Virus record (IMG/VR): IMGVR_UViG_3300001487_000052
Location: 1-37,502 of that record
Length of the DNA stretch: 37,502 nt
From: a virus
Taxonomy: Duplodnaviria > Heunggongvirae > Uroviricota > Caudoviricetes
Reading direction: 5' to 3' (one strand)
Position 1 is the first letter of the stretch, and every line of letters starts with the position of its first letter. A program made the position numbers and the translations under genes. Under the pieces are notes generated by a model. It saw only the letters and a list, made by a program, of their open reading frames with translations. It was not told where the DNA came from and did not search any database. Of the stretch, positions 9,591 to 18,919 are shown one piece after another.

Positions 9591-10069
9591 AAAGATTGAC
9601 TATATATACAGATGGAAGTCACTTGAAACACACTTCAGGGAGACTAGGAATAGGGGGTGTACTTCTAGATGACTTCGATAATATTCTCTCCGAGTTTTCT
9701 GAAGAACTTAGTATAGAATGGCTTAGAGAGAAATATGGTACGTCTGATGTTAGTAATCCAACCTGTGAAATGTTAGCTAATCTGTATGCCCTAGTGAAAT
9801 TTAGAGATATAATAAAAGGATGTTCTAGTCTCACAATGAAAGCTGACTATGAGGGAGTACAGAAATGGAATACAGGGATATGGAAAGCTAGACTACCATA
9901 CATAAAAGCTATAAAAGATCAAACCACCGAAGAAATAGAAAGACAAGGATTAAAAGGGAAAATACACTTTGAATGGGTGAAAGGACATCAAAAGAAAAGC
10001 ATCCTAAGTCGAGATAGTAGGTGGAATGATTACGTAGATAAACTGGCTAAAGGTATTAAAGAAAAATGA
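9587..10069 (+). CDS. rnhA: Ribonuclease HI
   Basis: IYTDGS, NPTCEMLA, ADYEGV, EWVKGH and WNDYVDKLAK give the D-E-D-H-D catalytic set of type 1 RNase H. Confidence 0.9.
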   Translation: MKRLTIYTDGSHLKHTSGRLGIGGVLLDDFDNILSEFSEELSIEWLREKYGTSDVSNPTCEMLANLYALVKFRDIIKGCSSLTMKADYEGVQKWNTGIWKARLPYIKAIKDQTTEEIERQGLKGKIHFEWVKGHQKKSILSRDSRWNDYVDKLAKGIKEK

Positions 10070-10374
10070 AAAAAGAATGTTGTACCTGTTGTATAGATGG
10101 TACCTGGAGATATGAGGACTTGATTGGAGCGAAGGTGAGAGTTAAGAGTCTACCAGTATATAATCGACTAACCGCTATTTCTTCAGATATCGAACATACA
10201 ATAGAAGATTTGATATTCCAGATTAGTGAAACAGGAAAAACTATATGTATTGTCAGACTTAAAGGCTTAGATGCTGATTTTACCTTTAAAGATCTGGAAA
10301 TAACTAGTCTGAGAAGCCCAAAAACAATTTGTGATGATGAGACTATAACAGGAACAGTATTAGCAAATGGTTAA
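10066..10374 (+). CDS. Hypothetical protein
   Basis: 102-aa ORF, ATGA-coupled. Confidence 0.7.
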   Translation: MKKECCTCCIDGTWRYEDLIGAKVRVKSLPVYNRLTAISSDIEHTIEDLIFQISETGKTICIVRLKGLDADFTFKDLEITSLRSPKTICDDETITGTVLANG

Positions 10375-10543
10375 GAAAGTTAGAAAAGCAAGTCAGGCTA
10401 GACCTAGAACAGGTGGACTTGGAAAAAGACCAAATACTAGCCACGTAAAACAAGTCGCTAAACATGAGAAAGACCCCATGGCTGACAAAGTAATAGGATC
10501 TGAACTCGATAGTGATGATATTGATGTTATAATACTAAATTAA
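10367..10543 (+). CDS. Small hypothetical protein (58 aa), not in the ORF track
   Basis: MVKKVRKASQARPRTGGLGKRP...DIDVIILN; exactly fills the gap between its neighbours. Confidence 0.6.
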   Translation: MVKKVRKASQARPRTGGLGKRPNTSHVKQVAKHEKDPMADKVIGSELDSDDIDVIILN

Positions 10544-10550
10544 CAAGAAG

Positions 10551-10940
10551 ATGAACATAATAAACAAATTACAGGTGGTATTTAAACCAGGAGGAAAGCT
10601 TAGTTCTGATGATCTTAACTCCCTGGTAACAGCAATTAATACCCTCAACTACACAGTAAATAACATCCTAAAAAGCTACTGTGATATTAATCAGGAAACT
10701 GGTGTACAAAAGGCCTATACTCTAGGGGAAGCTATTAAACTCGTCCCGGAAGGTAGAAGAAGCTTTACTATGAAAATCAGGTTTATCGAAAATGCTGATA
10801 TTGTTGGTGCTAATATCTATAACATTAGATATGCTGAATACTACTACACCGGTCCTAAGGCTTTTGATAATAGAACCTGGGAAAATGAAGCAAACTGGAC
10901 TAAGAGCGTCCCTAACCTAATTGATGGAGGTACTTGGTAA
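10551..10940 (+). CDS. Hypothetical protein, possible virion/tail-fibre-associated
   Basis: N-terminal FKPGGKLSSDDLNSLVTAI resembles fibre-anchor motifs. Confidence 0.5.
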   Translation: MNIINKLQVVFKPGGKLSSDDLNSLVTAINTLNYTVNNILKSYCDINQETGVQKAYTLGEAIKLVPEGRRSFTMKIRFIENADIVGANIYNIRYAEYYYTGPKAFDNRTWENEANWTKSVPNLIDGGTW

Positions 10941-11185
10941 TGAAAGGAAGTAGCTATAAGGAAACAGAATGGAAGAATGGAGAAACGAGACTCAATGCTA
11001 AAAATATGAACAACATTGAGGCTGGCATAAAGACTCTCTTCGAAAATGCTATTGACCAAGATACAGTAGAAGTCGTATATGAAGCTCCCGCAGAACCTGA
11101 TAATAGTAAGCTGTATTTTGTAATAGATGATGAGAATGTTTTAACTAGACTTATTGTTTTCGGAAAGGAGATTATAGTAAGATGA
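10934..11185 (+). CDS. Hypothetical protein, possible tail-fibre/baseplate-associated
   Basis: YKETEWKNGETRLNAKNMNNIEAGI resembles the W..G....A..LN.IE.GI motif of phage fibre/baseplate proteins. Confidence 0.5.
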   Translation: MVMKGSSYKETEWKNGETRLNAKNMNNIEAGIKTLFENAIDQDTVEVVYEAPAEPDNSKLYFVIDDENVLTRLIVFGKEIIVR

Positions 11186-11748
11186 CTTGGGATATTGAAA
11201 CTTGTTATTATGAGTATCAAGAAGCAACATCCTATCTTCTCAAGTCTCTAGGAATAACACAACTAGATCACGTAAAAAATAGAGAAGTCCTTTATCCTTA
11301 TTACACTCAGATTATAAAATATCTAAACCGTGAATTGATGTGTAATACGGAGGACAATATAAAAGCTAAGGTCCAGAAAATAATTGAACTAATGGATGCT
11401 GGTTCTGAGAAAATCTGTACAACTAGAGCAAGAGAACTAGGTGAAGAAGTTGGAATTGAAGTGACCTCTGAATACTATGACCAGGATAGATTTGTATTTT
11501 CTTGGGCTGATCTTATGGGTACCTTAAGTCTCCGCTTAAAATTCCAGTATGCTTATCTTTGGAAACAGGAATATGATGATAGCTGTGGTTGTACTTGTGG
11601 TAAGGGACAAACTGAAGAAGACTATGAATCTTGGGTTTCTGGCGTATATCCGGAAGATTATGAATACGATAGAACAAACTATTACCGGACTAATACAAAT
11701 TGGGGAACCAGTGAAGATAGGATTTGTGACTGTTATAAGAAGAATTAA
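11182..11748 (+). CDS. Hypothetical protein with Cys-rich acidic C-terminus
   Basis: 188-aa ORF, ATGA-coupled, ends at a terminator. Confidence 0.7.
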   Translation: MTWDIETCYYEYQEATSYLLKSLGITQLDHVKNREVLYPYYTQIIKYLNRELMCNTEDNIKAKVQKIIELMDAGSEKICTTRARELGEEVGIEVTSEYYDQDRFVFSWADLMGTLSLRLKFQYAYLWKQEYDDSCGCTCGKGQTEEDYESWVSGVYPEDYEYDRTNYYRTNTNWGTSEDRICDCYKKN

Positions 11749-11752
11749 AAAG

Positions 11753-11788
11753 AAAGGTAGAAAGGATTATATTTCCAATCTACCTTTT
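11753..11788. terminator. Bidirectional terminator between convergent genes
   Basis: AAAGGTAGA / TCTACCTTTT stem with A and T flanks. Confidence 0.65.
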
Positions 11789-12046
11789 TATTATCACCTC
11801 TGCACCAGGTAACCCACTAAGACGATTAATTCTGTTGGCAAGGCTTTCTTTACATATTACAGTACTAAAGCCCATAAAAGTTTTTGTCATTACCTTAGGG
11901 GATAATCTTTTTCTAGGGACTTTCATCACCTTCTTAACATATTCTTTATAGTTGGTTTTGTCTTGTGTAGGAATGAAAGCATGAATCTTATATACTAGAT
12001 CTCCATTAGATAATGAAAATCTTAGCAATAATACTCTAGTTTTCAC
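11780..12046 (-). CDS. Small basic hypothetical protein (about 88 aa, GTG start)
   Basis: Part of track ORF 11780..12148. The GTG lies 3 nt downstream of a minus-strand CCTTATA. Confidence 0.5.
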   Translation of the reverse strand: MKTRVLLLRFSLSNGDLVYKIHAFIPTQDKTNYKEYVKKVMKVPRKRLSPKVMTKTFMGFSTVICKESLANRINRLSGLPGAEVIIKR

Positions 12047-12049
12047 ATG

Positions 12050-12069
12050 TATAAGGCTTTTCCTTATAA
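12050..12069. promoter_or_regulatory. Back-to-back CCTTATA promoter pair
   Basis: TATAAGG-cttttt-CCTTATA between divergent genes. Confidence 0.6.
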
Positions 12070-12074
12070 GTGTA

Positions 12075-12638
12075 ATGTACTTAGTTATTTTAGAAATTAC
12101 GTTAAATGAGAAAGGGAAAAAGCTAAGAGGAAAAACAGACACTCCCATAATCTATTACCTGAGTGAAGAGAAGGCCTTTAATATGGACGAAGCTTCAGAA
12201 GAAATTTTTAAGCAGATTGGTATAGATGTGGTGGATACTTTTAATCATCTTAAAACCATTCCTCTTCCTGGAAAACCTCTAGAAAATATTAAGACTGGAG
12301 ATTATGTTAGAGTATTAAAACTTGGAGATAGTACAGTTTCAATCATCCTAGGAACTACAAAAATTATAAAAACACTAGGAGATAACTCTGTAGAAACCTT
12401 AAATCCATTCATAATCTTCGATAACCAAGGAATTTGTATCCATAAGGGAACATGTGATTGTGTGGCCTACTATCTACAACAAACAGAAGAGAAAGACTTA
12501 GAGGAGGCAAAAAGGAAGGACTCTATAATACTTGCTAGGAATGAGGTGTCTTCATTTTTTATGAGAAAAGCCAATGTTGATAAGTTGGAGGGAGATGATG
12601 TTCTTTCTATATATGAGATTATAAAAAAAATATTATGA
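12075..12638 (+). CDS. Hypothetical protein, tandem paralogue 1 of 3
   Basis: Shares ITLNEKGKKL, IG..VVDTF..LKTI, GD.V, F...G.CI and YL..TE blocks with the next two ORFs. Confidence 0.75.
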   Translation: MYLVILEITLNEKGKKLRGKTDTPIIYYLSEEKAFNMDEASEEIFKQIGIDVVDTFNHLKTIPLPGKPLENIKTGDYVRVLKLGDSTVSIILGTTKIIKTLGDNSVETLNPFIIFDNQGICIHKGTCDCVAYYLQQTEEKDLEEAKRKDSIILARNEVSSFFMRKANVDKLEGDDVLSIYEIIKKIL

Positions 12639-13192
12639 TAATCCTAGAGACGTGTAAACAGTTTATAGTATTCATAAAAATCCTTCTTAATGGGGCGGGA
12701 CAAGAATTACTAGGGAGAAGCATTCATGTTATCTATACTGTCAGAAATTCCCCTGCTCTCGACATATCAGAAGTAGTTGATATAGTTTATGAAAAAGTAG
12801 GTCCCCAACTTGTAGATAACTTTGAAATAATAAAATCAATACCGAGGACATTTTATGTAAATCCTCAGAATCTAATAAAAGGGGACTACATCATCATCCA
12901 TAAACACTTCTACTCTTTTGACACAATGAGGTTTAGGGGAATAATAGAGGGTGTACAGAATAAACACATTACTGTTTGTGGCCACCAGTTTTCATTAGAT
13001 GGTGTTTGTATAGAATACGACCCTGGAATAATTTCTATATATCACCTAGAAGCACCAACGGATGAAGAGATGGAGGAATATATAGAGACGGCAAGAAGAG
13101 AAGAATTATTGAAGGAAATATCCGGGAAATTATCTCGTAGAACCTTAGGAACACTAGAAAAAGTAAATAAATTCTTAGACGAAAATGGATAG
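12635..13192 (+). CDS. Hypothetical protein, tandem paralogue 2 of 3
   Basis: ILLNGAGQEL, VGPQLVDNFEIIKSI, KGDYI, FSLDGVCI, HLEAPTDEE. Confidence 0.75.
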   Translation: MIILETCKQFIVFIKILLNGAGQELLGRSIHVIYTVRNSPALDISEVVDIVYEKVGPQLVDNFEIIKSIPRTFYVNPQNLIKGDYIIIHKHFYSFDTMRFRGIIEGVQNKHITVCGHQFSLDGVCIEYDPGIISIYHLEAPTDEEMEEYIETARREELLKEISGKLSRRTLGTLEKVNKFLDENG

Positions 13193-13790
13193 AGTATATA
13201 TAGTAAAAATTAAGCTTGGAGAAAAAGCTAAGAAACTTTGTTATAGAAATGAGGTTCTTGTTCCTATCTCATCCCAAGGTAGACTGGACTATTATGAGAT
13301 CCTAGACTCAGTAGGAAATCAGTATGGAGCGGATAATGTAGTGTCTCTAGAGGTCCTTCATACTATTTTTCCTGACTTCGAGTTCTTACAGTCCTTAAGC
13401 CCACATACATTAGTTGCTGTAAGAAAACTCCATGAGGTCCTTAAACACTCTACAAATCTTTATAATAATGAAAATGGGAGTGAGATTTTTGAGGTTAATG
13501 AGATTTTTGATAGAGAAAAAGAAGGGCGTAAAATAGTAAGAACAGATAGTTGGTCAGATTGTTGTTTTTATATGGATACTGGACTATCTGAACCCGGAGA
13601 AATTATTACAAGCCCCTATGAAATAAGTTTTTTAGATAAACCAACAGAAAGAGAGATACAGAACTTTAGAAACAGAAGAGATAAAAACATAAAAGTGGCT
13701 GATATAAAACGGTGGGTAAATAATACTGATGATATAGAAATAATTAATACGGTTTGGGATATAATAAATAAAAAAGAAGAAGGAAATTAA
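13185..13790 (+). CDS. Hypothetical protein, tandem paralogue 3 of 3 (more diverged)
   Basis: IKLGEKAKKL, YGADNVVSLEVLHTI, FLDKPTERE. Confidence 0.7.
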   Translation: MDRVYIVKIKLGEKAKKLCYRNEVLVPISSQGRLDYYEILDSVGNQYGADNVVSLEVLHTIFPDFEFLQSLSPHTLVAVRKLHEVLKHSTNLYNNENGSEIFEVNEIFDREKEGRKIVRTDSWSDCCFYMDTGLSEPGEIITSPYEISFLDKPTEREIQNFRNRRDKNIKVADIKRWVNNTDDIEIINTVWDIINKKEEGN

Positions 13791-14710
13791 TCCTTCTCTT
13801 TATTTTTGTTCTCCGAAATCATCTTTACGAGAGAACCATATTTTGCAATTAATTCATCCTTAGCCTCATCTCCCCACATAGTATGAACGAGAACCCCATG
13901 TTTGTGTAAGGAGATTATAAATGGATCTTCAGGGCGGACACGAATTCTCACGCTCTCTATCTTATTTATCATCTCTTTTTCAGGGGCCGCTATGAAGAAA
14001 TCATTACTGAGTTCCCCACTTCCACGATATTGTTTAGTAGTAATGTCTCCATGATTCCAATACTCCGGAAAGTATGCGTTAAATAAATCTCTACCTTGCC
14101 AGATATAATTAGCATTTTCGAAACATTGCTCAGGAGATATATTTCTAGCTATAAACGGGAATCTATGAATAAACTCAAATGCTGGGGTCTTTTTTATCGC
14201 CCTCGCATCCTCTCTTCCGTCTCGATTAAGAGAAATCCCCTGTATTTTCCAATAGTGCACAGAATAGTCAATAATATCTTTATGTACCAGGTTTTTCCTA
14301 GTTTCCAAAAGGATATTAATACTATTCTCTGGGATAGTACCTGTAAAATCCCTAAGATAACCTACAACAAGATTATATTTCACCAAGAGCTCTAAGAACC
14401 GAGGATAACTTATGAAAATTATATTATCCCCGAAGACCTCTATAGCCTTTGTGAGAAACCTTAGGGCCTCGATGTTAAAAGCTCTCTGTTTCTTAGTCTC
14501 CTGTTCCGCCTTAAAAATCCCTTCTATCATCTTTGCATTTGTCGTATTAACCAGGCCGAGTTGTTGTAGCGCCTCTAGCTCTGTACCCGCATTAGGAGGA
14601 ATTATAATGGACTGGAGATCACTTTCAAGTTCCTGCGCATAACTTAAACCGGCCTTAGATATCGACGTATGAATAACTTTAGCCGAAATACTTTTTGTAA
14701 TTCCAAACAT
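13787..14710 (-). CDS. Hypothetical phage protein
   Basis: 307-aa ORF with its own CCTTATA promoter; C-terminal DPFI..GVLVHTMWGDEA block. Confidence 0.75.
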   Translation of the reverse strand: MFGITKSISAKVIHTSISKAGLSYAQELESDLQSIIIPPNAGTELEALQQLGLVNTTNAKMIEGIFKAEQETKKQRAFNIEALRFLTKAIEVFGDNIIFISYPRFLELLVKYNLVVGYLRDFTGTIPENSINILLETRKNLVHKDIIDYSVHYWKIQGISLNRDGREDARAIKKTPAFEFIHRFPFIARNISPEQCFENANYIWQGRDLFNAYFPEYWNHGDITTKQYRGSGELSNDFFIAAPEKEMINKIESVRIRVRPEDPFIISLHKHGVLVHTMWGDEAKDELIAKYGSLVKMISENKNKEKD

Positions 14711-14727
14711 AATTTTTCTTCTTTCTA

Positions 14728-14750
14728 TATAAGGCGTTGAGATCCTTATA
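14728..14750. promoter_or_regulatory. Back-to-back CCTTATA promoter pair
   Basis: TATAAGG-cgttgagat-CCTTATA between divergent genes 14710(-) and 14757(+). Confidence 0.6.
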
Positions 14751-14756
14751 AATGAT

Positions 14757-15278
14757 ATGAAAAAGACATCGATTGTATTGATTATTGTAGCAGCTTTTAT
14801 TGCTATTATTGTTGGTATGTATTTCTCTTACAACAATAAAGAAGTATCCCTAAGAAATCAGTCAGACGCACAGATTGGAAAAATAGAAGGAGTATATGAT
14901 AAGATGTGGAAGGTGATACAACAAAAAGCACAAGTAACATCTGAATATAAAGACGCATTTAAAGAAATCTATCCAGAACTTATAGCCGGTCGTTATTCTG
15001 GGGAGTCTATGATGAAGTGGATCCAAGAAAGCAACCCCGAATTTGATGCTTCCCTGTATAAAGATCTGATGCAAAGTATAGAAATCCTTAGAACAGAATT
15101 CCAACACGCACAAGAAAAAGAACTCGACATAATAAGAGAACATAAGAATCTCTGTTCTACATACCCAGGAAAATGGTTTGTTTCTAAGAAGGAACCAATC
15201 GAATATACAATCATTTCCTCCACCAAGTCTAAAGAAACTATGGAAACCGGACTTGATGATGATATAAACGTTTTCTAA
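14757..15278 (+). CDS. LemA-like membrane-anchored helical protein
   Basis: Single N-terminal TM helix, helical body, C-terminal YPGKWFV similar to the LemA FP..F motif; paired with a downstream membrane protein. Confidence 0.5.
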   Translation: MKKTSIVLIIVAAFIAIIVGMYFSYNNKEVSLRNQSDAQIGKIEGVYDKMWKVIQQKAQVTSEYKDAFKEIYPELIAGRYSGESMMKWIQESNPEFDASLYKDLMQSIEILRTEFQHAQEKELDIIREHKNLCSTYPGKWFVSKKEPIEYTIISSTKSKETMETGLDDDINVF

Positions 15279-16363
15279 TGGAACTTCTCATTTACATAAT
15301 TCCCATCTTAGTGTCTCTTGGTTTTTTAGTGTTTAAAGCTAGGGAGACAGTTTGGTGGGAATACTTACTTTTAATTGGAGGTTCAGTTCTTCTCGCATTC
15401 CTCCTAAAACAAATCATCGTAAGTATTAAGACAAGTGACCTAGAATACCTTAGTGGGTATGTAACCCAAACAACCTACTATGAACCCTGGAATGAAGAGG
15501 TCGAGGTTACAAAGACTAGAACAAACAGTGAGGGAGAAGATGAGGTTTACACCGAAACTGAAACTAGATATCACAGCGCAGAATATTCTTACAGGACTAG
15601 TATGAAGCGAAGCGAGGTGTGGTGTTCTAGAGATTATCATGAGGCGCTGAAAAAACAGTTTCGAGTTGGTGGTGTGTTTAGAGATATGCATAGACACTAC
15701 CACACACAAGACGGAGATGCTTATGACTACTTCTGGGATGGGACTGACGAAACTATGAAGACTATAACTGAGGTTGGGACTTATAGGAACCCGATGAAAG
15801 GAAGTAGGTCGATCTTTAAATTGAGTCGAGAAGATAGCACACTCTTTAATTATCCGGTGCCAGAGAGAAGGGGAGATCAAAAGGTGGTTCTGGGAAATGC
15901 TAAGTACGACTCTAGGCCTATCCAAATCCTAAATGCAAAACTGGGAAAACAATATCAGGTTCATGTCTTCGTTCTCCTGTTCTATAATGCTGGTCCGGAG
16001 ATAGCAGAAAGACAAAAAGAATATTGGGAAGGAGGAAATAAAAATGAACTTGTGGTGTGCTTGGGAATGAAGAGAGATAGTATTCAGTGGTGTAGTCCGT
16101 TTTCTTGGAGTGAAAGCCCGGTAGTAGAAACGAGGATAAAATCATGGTGCCTAGAAAACCCAAGACTAGATATAAAAGAACTAGCGGGAGAATTAGAGAA
16201 GGAGATAAAAAAGGACTGGAAAAGAAGAGAGTTTAAGGATTTCAATTATATAGAGACTGAATTGGGAGGAGGAGATTACATTATTATCCTGGTCTTAGTT
16301 CTGGCTTATATAGTGGGAATCGGAATATGGATAACAAAAAATGAATACAGCAACTTGGATTAA
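15278..16363 (+). CDS. Membrane protein with soluble alpha/beta domain (TPM-like possible)
   Basis: Two N-terminal TM helices, one C-terminal TM helix, YWEGGNKNELVVCLG block; TAATG-coupled to the LemA-like gene. Confidence 0.55.
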   Translation: MELLIYIIPILVSLGFLVFKARETVWWEYLLLIGGSVLLAFLLKQIIVSIKTSDLEYLSGYVTQTTYYEPWNEEVEVTKTRTNSEGEDEVYTETETRYHSAEYSYRTSMKRSEVWCSRDYHEALKKQFRVGGVFRDMHRHYHTQDGDAYDYFWDGTDETMKTITEVGTYRNPMKGSRSIFKLSREDSTLFNYPVPERRGDQKVVLGNAKYDSRPIQILNAKLGKQYQVHVFVLLFYNAGPEIAERQKEYWEGGNKNELVVCLGMKRDSIQWCSPFSWSESPVVETRIKSWCLENPRLDIKELAGELEKEIKKDWKRREFKDFNYIETELGGGDYIIILVLVLAYIVGIGIWITKNEYSNLD

Positions 16364-16541
16364 TTTAATAGTTATATCCAGTCTTATATTGGCTGGGATC
16401 TTTTTTATGTTATTATTGTTAACTGTTTTTTATGAACCCGCCAAGAGAAAGACGACAAAGATTGCGATTTATGCTGTGGTTAGTCTAGTAGTGTGGTGGT
16501 TTATAATTGCAGGTATTGGTATGTTTTTTGTAGTAGAGTAA
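16341..16541 (+). CDS. Small two-TM membrane protein
   Basis: 66 aa; two hydrophobic segments separated by KRK. Confidence 0.6.
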   Translation: MNTATWINLIVISSLILAGIFFMLLLLTVFYEPAKRKTTKIAIYAVVSLVVWWFIIAGIGMFFVVE

Positions 16542-16544
16542 ATA

Positions 16545-16578
16545 AAAGAAGGGGATAGAAATTAATCTTCCCCTTTTT
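16545..16578. terminator. Bidirectional terminator
   Basis: AAGGGGA / TTCCCCTT stem with A and T flanks between convergent genes. Confidence 0.65.
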
Positions 16579-18664
16579 ATTTCTTTTTTATTATTTCAAA
16601 TCCATGTACCTTCTTTCCATCCTCCATAAACTGACAATCTCGTAATTCAAAGTAGTCATTCAGGTCAGATGCTTTTGGAGTCTTAGATATGTTGTGTGTA
16701 GTATAAAAATTAGCTAACATCTCTTTTATTTGCTTTTTCGAATACTTATCCCCTATGTTAAATAGAGATTTTATACCTTCTCCGTTTATAACTTCCGGAT
16801 TTATATATCTAATAATATTTGACTCTTTATAACCAAGGGCTCTAATTTTCTCAAACCCAAGTAAGTTTATGTAATTTTGGTATGATAGTGGAATTATAAC
16901 TTGTAGTGGAGAATTAGCGTACTGGATATAGATGGTTGGGTATTGAAAGTAAACATCACACAACAACTTCATTCTTCTTTCAAAATTATTATCTTTATCA
17001 AATTCAGAAACGAGATTATCATAAACACTACTCAATTCATTAACAGATAAAGTGTCATCCACAATATTGACAGACCCTATACTCTCTATTCCTCTTCTAA
17101 TAGTGATATCATCTTGGTACTCTTTTCTACTAACATCATAAGCTCTCTGATCTGCTACTTTAACTAGATAATTAAACATAGCCTTTCCAGTCCGACCCGA
17201 AACTCCAAGATAATCGTTTTTATATAGACTTTTAGCATCCGCAGCTTTTTCGGCCCACAATAGTTTACCCCTATCAGACATTTTACTATACTCCTCTAGT
17301 AGTTCTTGAGTTTTCTCCAACTTAACCTTTACCTTTTCATCATTTACTAGCTTCTTCTCATTTATTATTGCTCCCTTTTTTGTCTCAGCTTTATAGAGAA
17401 TTAATACTTCATTTCTAAACACATTCTCCTTTAGTCTCTGTCTTCCAAGTATTTGAGGGAGATCAAGAGAAATATCTACAGTAAGCGTTTGAATATTACA
17501 GTCAGAACAGACAACAGTAAAGGCTGAGGTAGAGTAGAAATCCGCTCCAAGATAGGTAGTTCTAGTACATAATGTGAACATTTTATGGGGCTGACCGTAA
17601 GTAGGTATATTTCCTATTTGATGTCCTATTTTCTTCAGCTTATTTATATTCGTTGAAGAGTCAGCACATATAATATTTGTTTCTTCTGGAGTTAAATTAC
17701 ATTTTCTGATAATATCACAAATGGATCTAATAGAATTGACAAATATTACTAGTTCTTTGGATTCCTTTAGTTCTCCATTAGAAAGAATTTTATTAGGGAA
17801 CCTGCCCTCTCTATAATCTGTGATAATTTCTCCAACCCTTTTATTAATATTCCTCACGGTTTCTCTCTGGATTCTTACATTCTCTACTCTAGAACTGCTC
17901 CAAATAAACTTAAAAAATCTAAGGTCTTTGAAATAATCTAGTTCAACTAAGTACTTTTCTAACATTGGAGTAGCAGATAGGTAAAGAACATTTTGACATT
18001 GTTTTAAATCCTCTACAAAATCTAATTCCACTGTAGCTTTAAATGATGCATCCATGAAAATTGATTGAAATTCATCTACTACAATACAATAGGAATTAGA
18101 GGAGTAGTATTCATTAAGAACATCTAAGACATGGTGTAAAGAGTCATAGGTAACAATAATTTTAAATGGATTGCTATGACTAATTCCATGTGATTCTACA
18201 TAAGAACGAAGTTGGTTTTTTATTGGAGCTAAATAATCTTTTCTCTCTTTCTTGTTTATGTTAATTAAATTTTCCTGTTCTTCTATTTCTGCAACATAGT
18301 TAGAGGAGGAAGAAGAGGGGAGTATATTATCAAATGGAGTTTTTAATTGTTCTTCTCCTCTATTACTGTCATAGTCTATATTATTTTCATAGTCATTTCT
18401 GAAATAATATACAGGTCTCATCTCTGGATTCTCTCCATTATTATGCTGTTCTTCTTTGTTTTCTAATAATTTTTTCCTTGGAGAACAAAGAACAAGTGGA
18501 ATAGAATTATTTAAACAGTATTCAGTAAATCCACATCCACAAATAGTTTTATCGAGAATTAAATGACCTAGAGGATATTCAAAATCATCCCATTCACTAA
18601 TATATTCAATATTCTCTGGTACATTAATAGGTATAACATTCATTTTCTTTTCTTCTTCATTCAT
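16577..18664 (-). CDS. SF2 helicase-related protein with degenerate Walker A, copy 2
   Basis: 695 aa. TICGCGFT, IVVDEFQ, YLSATP, TRTTYLGADF, PQILGRQR; C-terminal SKTPKASDL..YFE shared with copy 1. Confidence 0.75.
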   Translation of the reverse strand: MNEEEKKMNVIPINVPENIEYISEWDDFEYPLGHLILDKTICGCGFTEYCLNNSIPLVLCSPRKKLLENKEEQHNNGENPEMRPVYYFRNDYENNIDYDSNRGEEQLKTPFDNILPSSSSSNYVAEIEEQENLININKKERKDYLAPIKNQLRSYVESHGISHSNPFKIIVTYDSLHHVLDVLNEYYSSNSYCIVVDEFQSIFMDASFKATVELDFVEDLKQCQNVLYLSATPMLEKYLVELDYFKDLRFFKFIWSSSRVENVRIQRETVRNINKRVGEIITDYREGRFPNKILSNGELKESKELVIFVNSIRSICDIIRKCNLTPEETNIICADSSTNINKLKKIGHQIGNIPTYGQPHKMFTLCTRTTYLGADFYSTSAFTVVCSDCNIQTLTVDISLDLPQILGRQRLKENVFRNEVLILYKAETKKGAIINEKKLVNDEKVKVKLEKTQELLEEYSKMSDRGKLLWAEKAADAKSLYKNDYLGVSGRTGKAMFNYLVKVADQRAYDVSRKEYQDDITIRRGIESIGSVNIVDDTLSVNELSSVYDNLVSEFDKDNNFERRMKLLCDVYFQYPTIYIQYANSPLQVIIPLSYQNYINLLGFEKIRALGYKESNIIRYINPEVINGEGIKSLFNIGDKYSKKQIKEMLANFYTTHNISKTPKASDLNDYFELRDCQFMEDGKKVHGFEIIKKK

Positions 18665-18727
18665 AATTTAATTTGTTTTAGATGTATACTATTTCAAGTA
18701 TACGTTATAATCATTTTCTTATTTATT

Positions 18728-18779
18728 AGAAAGGGTACGCTGGTCTGGACTGGTACCCTTTCTTTATTCATCTATTAGG
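18728..18779 (-). promoter_or_regulatory. Promoter variant CCTAATA plus leader hairpin of helicase-like gene 2
   Basis: Minus strand reads AAAACCTAATAGATG, followed by an 11-bp stem AGAAAGGGTAC/GTACCCTTTCT (18728-18763). Confidence 0.5.
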
Positions 18780-18919
18780 TTTTAAAAGCTTCTAGAATGT
18801 GAAATCACTTTTTTGTTATCCGAATTTTCTAGATTTTCTAATTAGAGATATTTTTGGGTACATCACTATTTTTCTACCTCATTATAACAGGATCTCTCTT
18901 TCTAAGACCTTTAGGTCTC

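Noticed and set aside
806-18664. Composite transposon bounded by the two helicase-like genes
   Set aside because: No terminal inverted repeats, target duplication or DDE/HUH/recombinase motifs seen, and the copies are strongly diverged. Retained only as a looser module hypothesis.
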